A stretch of 51,093 nt of DNA, from assembly GCA_964399915.1 (NCBI GenBank), contig CAYNRN010000001.1, positions 57,646 through 108,738 on the forward strand, given 5' to 3'. Shown here piece after piece: positions 21,038 to 28,616 of this stretch (its first letter is position 1; every line of letters begins with the position of its first letter). The notes under the pieces were generated by a model that made no database searches, had not been told where the DNA came from, and saw only the letters and a program-made list of their open reading frames with translations. Both the position numbers and the translations under genes were made by a program. The DNA is from an uncultured Planctomycetales bacterium. Lineage in GTDB: Bacteria > Omnitrophota > Gorgyraeia > Gygaellales > Profunditerraquicolaceae.

Positions 21038-22678
21038 ATGAAGAAAAATATCAGCGATTCCCTGCTTTCGGTAATCTGCGCCGCTATTAAAGATTCAGGC
21101 GCGGACGATTCTTTAAAAGATGAGCTTTATCTTGAAGTTCCCCCTGCGGGCAGATTCGGAGATCTAAGCTCTAACGTTGCTTTGCGCTTGGCCAGCGCCA
21201 TGCGAAAGCCTCCGGTTGAAATCGCAGGGCAACTGGCGGAAAAAATAAAACTGATTCTGAAAGATGACCCGGTTGCCCGTTTTGTCTCCGAGGTCAAAGC
21301 AGAAGGCGCGGGATTTATAAATTTCTATTTATCCCGGGAATATTTTTTACTTGAGCTGGCAGGTATCCTTAAAACACCAGCCGCGGCACTTGCGCCGCAA
21401 GCAAAGCAGCGCCTGAAAGTATTAATAGAATTTGTCAGCGCTAACCCCACCGGATCGCTTTCGGTTGCGCATGCAAGGCAGGCGGTTGTCGGTGATGTCC
21501 TGGCGAATATTTTTAATTTCTGCCGGCACAAGGTAAAAAGGGAATATTACCTTAATGACGAAGGAAACCAAATAGAGATTCTGGGTAATTCGGTAGGTTT
21601 AAGGATCAGGGAACTCTCAGGAGAAAAAATAGAGTTTCCGGAAAATTATTATCAGGGCGAATATATTTACGATATCGCAAAAGAAGCCCGTAGATTAAAC
21701 GTTAATAGCGAGAAGCTGGGAGAATTTGCCTGCGAGTACATCCTTAATCAGATTAAAAATGAATTAGCTGATTTCGGGGTTAAATTTGACTATTGGACGA
21801 GCCAAAAGGCATTAAGAAAAAGCGGCAGGATCGGGAAGGCTTTGGATTTCCTCAAAAAACGCGAGTTACTTTACGAACAGGAAGGCGCGCTTTGGTTTAA
21901 GTCGACCCAGTTTGGAGACGATAAAGACAGGGTGGTGATTAAAAGCGACTCAAGCTATACGTATCTGGCTCCGGATATTGCCTATCACCGGGAAAAATAC
22001 CGGAGGGGGTTTACGCTTTTAATCAATCTCTGGGGCCCTGACCACCACGGTTATATTAACAGGCTTAAGGCCGCTGTTGAGGCCCTGGGGCAGGCAAAAG
22101 AATCTCTTTCTATAATCATTGTCCAGCTGGCGACTATCTTCAGGGAGGGTAAACCGGTACAGATGTCCACGCGCAGGGGCCAATACATCACTTTGAGGGA
22201 AGTCCTTGATGAGGTTGGCTCTGACGCCTCAAGGTTCTTCTTTTTGATGCGCCGGACCTCAAGCCACCTTGATTTTGACCTTGATATCGCCAAAAAACAC
22301 ACCTCGGAGAACCCAGTTTACTACGTACAGTATGCACACGCCAGGATCTGCAGTATCCTGCGCAACAGCCCCGGCAGAGCTGCCGGCAGCAGGCAGGCAT
22401 TAGAGTTATTGAAAGAAGAAGAGGAACTAAGGCTGATTAAAAAAATAATCCAGTTTCCTTATATTATAGACGTCTGTGTCAAAACGCAGGATCCTTATAT
22501 GCTGACCGTATACCTGCAGGAGTTAGCAGAGAGCTTCCATAAATTCTACGATAGACACCGCGTACTGGGGGAAGACCAGGAATTAAGCCGGGCGCGGCTT
22601 GCCCTGATTCAGGCGGCGAAACTTGTCCTGGCGCAAGGTTTAAAATTGCTGGGCATCAGCCGCCCCGAAGAAATGTAA
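21038..22678 (+). CDS. argS: arginine--tRNA ligase
   Basis: 546 aa class I aaRS with a HIGH-like SANPTGSLSVAHAR, a KMSK-like QMSTRRG, and a C-terminal DALR anticodon-binding region. Confidence 0.95.
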   Translation: MKKNISDSLLSVICAAIKDSGADDSLKDELYLEVPPAGRFGDLSSNVALRLASAMRKPPVEIAGQLAEKIKLILKDDPVARFVSEVKAEGAGFINFYLSREYFLLELAGILKTPAAALAPQAKQRLKVLIEFVSANPTGSLSVAHARQAVVGDVLANIFNFCRHKVKREYYLNDEGNQIEILGNSVGLRIRELSGEKIEFPENYYQGEYIYDIAKEARRLNVNSEKLGEFACEYILNQIKNELADFGVKFDYWTSQKALRKSGRIGKALDFLKKRELLYEQEGALWFKSTQFGDDKDRVVIKSDSSYTYLAPDIAYHREKYRRGFTLLINLWGPDHHGYINRLKAAVEALGQAKESLSIIIVQLATIFREGKPVQMSTRRGQYITLREVLDEVGSDASRFFFLMRRTSSHLDFDLDIAKKHTSENPVYYVQYAHARICSILRNSPGRAAGSRQALELLKEEEELRLIKKIIQFPYIIDVCVKTQDPYMLTVYLQELAESFHKFYDRHRVLGEDQELSRARLALIQAAKLVLAQGLKLLGISRPEEM

Positions 22679-22682
22679 GTGA

Positions 22683-22814
22683 GGACATGACTTATGGAGC
22701 GCGAAGCGCGACATAAGTCATATGTCCGAACTTACCCCGCAATCGGGAGAACCACTTCAGGTGCGGGGTTAAATTCGCCCGAATAACTTACGTTCACTTC
22801 GTTCCGTAAGTTAT
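22683..22814 (+). other. three consecutive stem-loops in the argS-recJ spacer that share an ACTTAYG/CRTAAGT motif
   Basis: H1 (22683-22727) is GGACAT-GACTTATG-GA-GCGC-GAA-GCGC-GA-CATAAGTC-AT-ATGTCC. H2 pairs CCCCGC (22735-40) with GCGGGG (22763-68). H3 pairs ATAACTTACG (22783-92) with CGTAAGTTAT (22805-14). None is followed by a U-tract. Confidence 0.6.
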
Positions 22815-22825
22815 GGGCTCATTCA

Positions 22826-24520
22826 ATGCACAGCCATAAAATACTTAATATCGCCTCAGCCGATATCACTTTACAGCAGAGGCTGTCGCGGGAGTTGGGG
22901 ATTTCGCCGCTTCTGGCACAGCTGCTTCTAAACCGCGGGATTAGTTCTGCCGAAGAGGGTCAAAAGTTTCTTAATCCGAGGCTGGAAGACCTTTGTGACC
23001 CCTATGATTTTAAACAGATGCCTCAGGCAGTAGAGCGGGTGCGGCAGGCTGTACGCGATAAAGAGAGAGTTTTAATCCACGGCGATTACGATGTAGACGG
23101 TATAACCGCCCTGGCGCTGGTAAAAAACACCCTGCAGGGCCTGGGGATTTCTGCCGGCCATCACCTGCCGCATCGGGTTAAAGAAGGTTACGGATTGAGC
23201 GATGAGATTATCAATAAAGCCAAGCAACAGCGGGCGAGCCTATTAATTACAGTTGATTGCGGGATAAATAACCGCCGGCAGATAAGCGAACTTAAGCGCA
23301 ATAATATTGATGTTGTTGTAACTGACCACCATGAACCGGCAGCCGGCCTTCTGGTTGATGCCTATGCAGTGATTAATCCTAAGGTTAAGGGGTGCGGATA
23401 CGCTTTCAGGGACCTAGCGGGGGTAGCGGTAGCTTATCGGTTCTGCCAGGCGCTTGCCAAAGAAACCCTGCAGGAAGATCTTGATTTAGTCTGCCTGGGT
23501 ACGATTGCCGATGTTGTTCCTTTGGTCGGAGAAAACAGGGTTATCGCCAAAGAGGGGTTAAAAAAGATTTCTCAGTCTAAGCGGCCGGGGCTCAAGGCCC
23601 TGATAGAAAGAAGCGGTATAAAAGGCAGAAGCATTGATTCTACTTTTGTAAACTTTATTATTGCCCCTAGGCTTAATGCCAGCGGCCGGATGGACAGCGC
23701 TGAAATGTCGCTGGATCTTTTAATGAGCAGGCAATTTGATGAGGCTTCGAAGTTGGCAGAAGCGGTAGAGGTGCAAAACCGCCAGCGCCAGAAGGTTGAG
23801 GGGCGTATCCTGCAGGAGGCGCAGGAGATAATCGACAGGGACATCAATTTCAAGGAGCACAGGATAATCGTACTTTCAAAGAAAGATTGGCATCCCGGGG
23901 TCTTAGGGATAGTCGCTTCCAAAATCTCCGACCGTTTTTACCGGCCGACTATCGTGATCTCCGTTTCCGACCGCCTCTGTAAAGGTTCAGGCCGTTCAAT
24001 AAAGAATTTCCATCTATTCGACGCGCTCTCTCAGTGCGGACATCTTCTGGAAGATTTTGGCGGCCATGCCCATGCCGCCGGCTTGGTAATTTCCAAAGAC
24101 AGCATTGAAGAATTTAAAAAGAGTATCAACGCCTTGGCAAAGAAAACGATCAGGCTGGAGGATCTTCTTCCCAGGTTAGATATAGATATGGAGATTGCCT
24201 TGGGGCAGTTCAATGAGAAGATCATCCTTGAATTGCAGAGGCTCGAGCCTTTTGGCGCGGGCAACCCCGAGCCTTTATTTTACAGCCGCAGCCTCAAATT
24301 AAAAGGCCAGCCGCAGATTTTAGCAAGGAATACGATTAAATTCCGGGTAAGCGACGGGGACGCGGTCTTTCAGGCAATCGGCTTTGGCATGAGCGCTTTG
24401 GAGGGAAATTTCCAGCAAAGCAGTTGTTTTGATATGGTCTATACGCCCCGCATGGATAACTGGCAGGGGGAAAGCAGCATTATTCTGGAAGCCAAAGAAT
24501 TGTTTTTCAGGCAGGTTTAA
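22826..24520 (+). CDS. recJ: single-stranded-DNA-specific exonuclease RecJ
   Basis: DHH-family motifs HGDYDVDGITA, TVDCG and VVTDHHEP, plus a DHHA1 GGHAHAAG motif. Confidence 0.95.
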   Translation: MHSHKILNIASADITLQQRLSRELGISPLLAQLLLNRGISSAEEGQKFLNPRLEDLCDPYDFKQMPQAVERVRQAVRDKERVLIHGDYDVDGITALALVKNTLQGLGISAGHHLPHRVKEGYGLSDEIINKAKQQRASLLITVDCGINNRRQISELKRNNIDVVVTDHHEPAAGLLVDAYAVINPKVKGCGYAFRDLAGVAVAYRFCQALAKETLQEDLDLVCLGTIADVVPLVGENRVIAKEGLKKISQSKRPGLKALIERSGIKGRSIDSTFVNFIIAPRLNASGRMDSAEMSLDLLMSRQFDEASKLAEAVEVQNRQRQKVEGRILQEAQEIIDRDINFKEHRIIVLSKKDWHPGVLGIVASKISDRFYRPTIVISVSDRLCKGSGRSIKNFHLFDALSQCGHLLEDFGGHAHAAGLVISKDSIEEFKKSINALAKKTIRLEDLLPRLDIDMEIALGQFNEKIILELQRLEPFGAGNPEPLFYSRSLKLKGQPQILARNTIKFRVSDGDAVFQAIGFGMSALEGNFQQSSCFDMVYTPRMDNWQGESSIILEAKELFFRQV

Positions 24521-24744
24521 GCTCTGCGGAGTTCGCCCTTTTTGATACACCTGGCGCAGACATATACCCGCATGATGCGGCCGTTGATGACCAGGCGCAT
24601 CTTCTGCAGGTTAGGGTAGAATTTCCTCTTTGTCCAGCGGGCGATTTTGCTTCCCGTTCCCCCCTTTGCCTTATACTGGCCTTTACGGGTGACTAACTTG
24701 CCGGTAAGCTCGCCTTTCTTGCATAACGCGCAGATTTTAAGCAT
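24517..24744 (-). CDS. rpmB: 50S ribosomal protein L28
   Basis: 75 aa. The CALCKKG...KFYPNLQKMRL... pattern is typical of L28. This is the only confident minus-strand gene, and its stop overlaps the recJ stop (TTAA). Confidence 0.85.
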   Translation of the reverse strand: MLKICALCKKGELTGKLVTRKGQYKAKGGTGSKIARWTKRKFYPNLQKMRLVINGRIMRVYVCARCIKKGELRRA

Positions 24745-24771
24745 TTTTATCCACCTTTTTTTGAAAGTATA

Positions 24772-24799
24772 AGTATACCCGAAAATAGCCCCTTGTCAA
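24772..24799 (-). promoter_or_regulatory. sigma70-like promoter for rpmB (TTGACA-16 nt-TATACT on the minus strand)
   Basis: The reverse complement of 24794-24799 is TTGACA and that of 24772-24777 is TATACT. An AAGGTGG RBS precedes the rpmB ATG. Confidence 0.55.
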
Positions 24800-24852
24800 G
24801 CCAATAAATCAGGCTAAACTGCCGATTTTTGAGTTCTTTACTTAAGAATTAG

Positions 24853-24861
24853 TGCTATAAT
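24853..24861 (+). promoter_or_regulatory. extended -10 promoter (TGcTATAAT) placing the transcription start on the ATG of the ECF sigma gene (leaderless mRNA)
   Basis: TG at 24853-54 and TATAAT at 24856-61. The ATG at 24868 is exactly 7 nt after the -10 element, and no SD sequence lies in between. Confidence 0.5.
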
Positions 24862-24867
24862 ATATCC

Positions 24868-25470
24868 ATGAACGACCTGGAGTTTGTCCGCAAATGCTGT
24901 CAGGGGGACAAACAAACCTGGGATAGTTTTGTCGAAAAATACTCCCGCCTTATATACAATTACATCCATAGCGCCGCCAGGTTCAGCGGCTTATCTCTTA
25001 GGCAGGAAGATATCGATGATATCTTCCAGGATACTTTCGCAGCTTTAAGTAAAGACAATTTCCGTAAATTGAAGAGCTTTCAGGCAAAGAATGGCTGTTC
25101 ATTTGCTACTTGGCTGAGGCAGGTAACGGTTAATCTTACCTTTGATTTCCTGCGTGGCCTTAAAAAGACAGTTTCTCTGGAAGAAGGCGATGAGGGCTCT
25201 ACGCTGAAGGAGATCCTGGCTGATAGTTCGCCGCAGATTGGCGAGCTTCTGCAGCAGGACGAATTACTAAAAGGGCTTAAGGAGTGTATTGAGGTTTTAG
25301 GGGCGGATGATAAATTTTTTGTTGAGTTGCATATAAACCGGGGAATCGCCCTCGAGGTGCTCAAGGGTTATTTCAGGATTTCCCGGGGCGCGATTGATAT
25401 GAAGAAGGCAAGGATTATTGAGCGGCTCAGAGATTGCTTTCGCAGCAAAGGATTTTTTAAGTTAGATTAG
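24868..25470 (+). CDS. ECF-type RNA polymerase sigma-70 family factor
   Basis: 200 aa with region 2 (IYNYIHS...DIDDIFQDTFAAL...FATWLRQVTVNLTFDFLR) and region 4 (a helix-turn-helix near ISRGAIDMKKARIIERLRDCF). Confidence 0.85.
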   Translation: MNDLEFVRKCCQGDKQTWDSFVEKYSRLIYNYIHSAARFSGLSLRQEDIDDIFQDTFAALSKDNFRKLKSFQAKNGCSFATWLRQVTVNLTFDFLRGLKKTVSLEEGDEGSTLKEILADSSPQIGELLQQDELLKGLKECIEVLGADDKFFVELHINRGIALEVLKGYFRISRGAIDMKKARIIERLRDCFRSKGFFKLD

Positions 25471-25490
25471 GCGGTTTCTTACGTCTATTA
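25461..25490 (+). promoter_or_regulatory. candidate ECF-dependent promoter, copy 1 (GTTAGATT-N13-CGTCTATTA), upstream of the anti-sigma/CHAT genes
   Basis: The bipartite motif is identical to copy 2 at 28571-28600, with the same 13-nt spacer length. The CGTC-type -10 is characteristic of ECF promoters. Confidence 0.55.
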
Positions 25491-25611
25491 CAAGTGAGGC
25501 ATCCCGCCATAGTATTAATTGGCAAATCGCGGGATTAGCCCGAATTTATCCCGAGCCATGATATGAAGCGCGAGATAATGGGGAGGGATTTCCGAGCCCG
25601 AAAGGGGACTT

Positions 25612-26316
25612 ATGAATCAGAAGGATATGGATAAGCTGATCCGCGCTGCCTTTGGGGCATGGAAGGCAGACAGCAGCCAGCCGCAGGAGCACCCCAGCGA
25701 AGAGCTGCTAGCTTCCCTGGCAGAGGATAAGCTTGCCGCGGATGAAGCAGGTATGGTTAAGAGCCACATCGTAGGCTGCCGGCGTTGCGCGGAAGCTTTT
25801 GCCGCGCAGATAAGCCTCTCCGATGAGCAGCCTCAGCAGGTGCCTGATGCGCTGGTTGAAAAGGCAAAGGGTTTAGTCTGCCCGGCTGCTTCGGGGATAC
25901 TGGCGGAAATATTCTTACGGCTTAGAGACAGGACGATAGAAATCATCAATACCAGCGCCGACGTGCTGGTAGGCCAGGAACTGGTACCGGCGCCGGTACT
26001 GCGCAGCCGCAAGCTTAAGGATTTTAAAGATGAAGTTACGTTTTTAAGGGATTTCCAGGATATCAGGGTACAGGTAAAAATCGAAAATAAGTCCGGCGGC
26101 ACCTGTTCTGTATCGGTATCCATTCATGATAAGGCCACCCTTAAAGCGGTTAGGGATTTAAGGATTACGCTGATAAAGGATGATACGGAATTAGAATCAT
26201 ACCTTACCCAGTCCGGCAGGGCAGTTTTTGAAAGCGTTCTTTTGGGAAGATATACAGTCGAGATATCTTCCCCCGAGAGAAGAGCAGCTTCGATATTGCT
26301 GGAGATAAAGGCTTAA
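25612..26316 (+). CDS. putative zinc-finger (HxxxCxxC, ZAS-like) anti-sigma factor, soluble, with a C-terminal beta-rich domain
   Basis: SHIVGCRRCAEAF motif about 50 aa from the N-terminus. There is no hydrophobic transmembrane span. It sits directly downstream of the ECF sigma gene. Confidence 0.6.
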   Translation: MNQKDMDKLIRAAFGAWKADSSQPQEHPSEELLASLAEDKLAADEAGMVKSHIVGCRRCAEAFAAQISLSDEQPQQVPDALVEKAKGLVCPAASGILAEIFLRLRDRTIEIINTSADVLVGQELVPAPVLRSRKLKDFKDEVTFLRDFQDIRVQVKIENKSGGTCSVSVSIHDKATLKAVRDLRITLIKDDTELESYLTQSGRAVFESVLLGRYTVEISSPERRAASILLEIKA

Positions 26317-26325
26317 GCGGCTTAA

Positions 26326-28551
26326 ATGTCTGATTTACCTGAAGCTTTAGTCCTTGAAATCACTAAAAAAACGGATGCCCTGTTGATGGGCGTTTTTGAA
26401 CGCAGGCAGGCCGCCTCTACTTTAAGGCATTATAGCCAGATTAAGGTTTCGTTTCCAGAGATAGAAAAGTTTTGCGCTGAGATAAACCTTTTATTAAATA
26501 AAGCGGATAAAAAAGGCAATTTAGAATTCGCATCGGTCGAAGGCCTTAAGAAAACCGGCCAACTCCTCTGGGACCACCTCTTTAGCCGCCAAGTTAAAGA
26601 AAAATTAACCCGTTCATCTTCCTGCGACCTGGTTCTCTCCATAGACGAAGAATTAGTGGATATCCCCTGGGAGTTACTCTATTCGGGGAGCGATTTCCTC
26701 TGCCTGAAATTCAGTTTGGGCAGGATCATCCGTACCCAGGATAATCCTCAGCCCGCCCAATACAGGAGCATGCCCTCTACCCCGAGGATGTTGATTCTGG
26801 CTAATCCGACAAAAGACCTTAAGTCCGCCTACCTTGAAGGCTTATTTATCAGAAACCAGCTTGACCGCAGGCGCCGGGATATCAGCGTTGATTTTAAATC
26901 CACCTATATAGACACGCTATACGTCAAGAAGAACCTGCGCGATTACGACATTGTTCATTTCTCCGGGCATTGCGAATATGACCAGCAGGAACGGGAAAAC
27001 AACGGCTGGATTTTAAGCGACGGCAGGCTTACCGCGCGCGATATCTGTACGCTGGGAGAGGCTACGGTGATGCCCAGCCTGATTTTTTCGCACGCCTGCT
27101 CAAGCGCTAAATTTTCGCAAGATTTCGTTTCCCGGCAATGCGGGGAGAAGGCTTATAGCATTGCCTGGGCTTTTCTGTCCTCAGGCGTGCGTCATTATAT
27201 CGGAGCGATACGCAAGATAGAAGATTCGTTAAGCCTAACTTTTACTCAGGAATTTTACAACCGGATGATTTCCGGCAAACCGGTGGGAGAAAGCCTGCGG
27301 CAGGGAAGATTAAAGCTGGTAAAGGAATACGGGATTTCTTCGGTTTCCTGGATGAGCTACCTGCTTTATGGAGACCCGGATTTTGTCCTTTTTAACCGCA
27401 ATGCCGCTCCTGCTTACAGGCAGCGCGTTAATATAAAGACCCATAAGAAAAAAATCCTTGCCGGCCTGGCAGCGATAACGGTAATCGCCGTAAGCTTCTG
27501 GTTCTATGGCTGGATTGCATCTTTAAACCCGGCTGCCCAGGCGCTTTACTTTAAAGCTAAAAGTTCATTTAATAACGGAAATAATCAGGAGGCGATAAGG
27601 CTTTCCCGGCAGATCATTGAGAAGGACCCTTTGTTCCTCGCGGTTTACCCGTTGCTGGCAGAAACTTACCAGCGGGCAGGGGACAGGGAGACGGCGCTTA
27701 AGTATTATTTTGATTATGCCATTGCCGCGGAGAAACGCAATGATAAGAATAGCCTGGCTGCGGCTTTTACCTGGATCGGCTGGACTTATCATCTGCGCGG
27801 GGAATACCCAAAGGCTTTTGAGTTTTATCAGCAAGCAATAGATTTGAGCCGGCGCAATAGAGACAGCTTAAACGAATCAAGGGCAATGGAGAGGCTGGCG
27901 GTATGGCATATTGATAAAGAGGAGTACGACAATGCGCTTGAGCTTCTGATGAAAAGTTCGGAGATTAACCGGCAGAGGCAGCATATCCGCCAGTACAGGC
28001 ATAATCTGGCCTGTGATTATTTTGATATCGGGCTTGTATTTGTGAATAAAAATGATTATCAGGCCGCGCGCGAATTCTATGAAAAGAGCCGTATTATTTT
28101 TGAAAAGATGAAGCTGAGGCATGAATTAAGCGATTGCTATTTTAATCTCGGCGAGATATATCTTTACGAAAAGGAATATCAGAAAGCGCTGGCGTATTAT
28201 TACAAAGGCCTGGCCCTGGATGAGGAACTGGGGGCGCAGGCAAATATCGCCTCAGATTACAATATGATCGGTGAGCTTTATGTTGAAATAGATAACCTAA
28301 GGGATGCCGAGAAATTCTTTGGTCAGGCAGCTGCGCTTGGCCTTAAGATCGGCGCCAAACCGGAATTAGCCGAGGCATATTATAATCTGGCGCAGGTATA
28401 TAAAAGAAGGAATATCAGGCATAGAGCCAGGGACTATTTCCGTCAAGCCCAGGAGATTTATGTAGGCATAGATACCCCCAGATATGAAAAAATCAAGCAG
28501 GAATTCCTCGCGCTTTACTCTACAGCCTCCGATACGCACGCCCCCGATTAA
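26326..28551 (+). CDS. CHAT-domain (caspase-like) protease with a single transmembrane helix and C-terminal TPR repeats
   Basis: The N-terminal half has the CHAT His/Cys dyad context (DIVHFSGHCEY ... SLIFSHACSSA). A TM helix (ILAGLAAITVIAVSFWFYGWIA) lies near aa 380 and is followed by more than 6 TPR-like repeats. Confidence 0.8.
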   Translation: MSDLPEALVLEITKKTDALLMGVFERRQAASTLRHYSQIKVSFPEIEKFCAEINLLLNKADKKGNLEFASVEGLKKTGQLLWDHLFSRQVKEKLTRSSSCDLVLSIDEELVDIPWELLYSGSDFLCLKFSLGRIIRTQDNPQPAQYRSMPSTPRMLILANPTKDLKSAYLEGLFIRNQLDRRRRDISVDFKSTYIDTLYVKKNLRDYDIVHFSGHCEYDQQERENNGWILSDGRLTARDICTLGEATVMPSLIFSHACSSAKFSQDFVSRQCGEKAYSIAWAFLSSGVRHYIGAIRKIEDSLSLTFTQEFYNRMISGKPVGESLRQGRLKLVKEYGISSVSWMSYLLYGDPDFVLFNRNAAPAYRQRVNIKTHKKKILAGLAAITVIAVSFWFYGWIASLNPAAQALYFKAKSSFNNGNNQEAIRLSRQIIEKDPLFLAVYPLLAETYQRAGDRETALKYYFDYAIAAEKRNDKNSLAAAFTWIGWTYHLRGEYPKAFEFYQQAIDLSRRNRDSLNESRAMERLAVWHIDKEEYDNALELLMKSSEINRQRQHIRQYRHNLACDYFDIGLVFVNKNDYQAAREFYEKSRIIFEKMKLRHELSDCYFNLGEIYLYEKEYQKALAYYYKGLALDEELGAQANIASDYNMIGELYVEIDNLRDAEKFFGQAAALGLKIGAKPELAEAYYNLAQVYKRRNIRHRARDYFRQAQEIYVGIDTPRYEKIKQEFLALYSTASDTHAPD

Positions 28552-28570
28552 ATAATTTAAAAAAATTCGC

Positions 28571-28600
28571 GTTAGATTTCACCGCCTTTTGCGTCTATTA
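28571..28600 (+). promoter_or_regulatory. candidate ECF-dependent promoter, copy 2 (GTTAGATT-N13-CGTCTATTA), upstream of the BNR-propeller gene
   Basis: Same motif and spacing as copy 1. It is followed by a GGAGGTGG RBS and ATG 28617. Confidence 0.55.
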
Positions 28601-28616
28601 AAGCGGAGGTGGCACG

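Noticed and set aside
25563-25628. A short upstream ORF (about 21 codons, MKREIMGRDFRARKGTYESEGYG) in the 120-nt leader of the anti-sigma gene.
   Set aside because: It has no RBS and no conservation evidence, and it overlaps the anti-sigma start out of frame. I mention it only as a possibility. The leader hairpin ATCCCGC/GCGGGAT (25501-25535) is equally unsupported.
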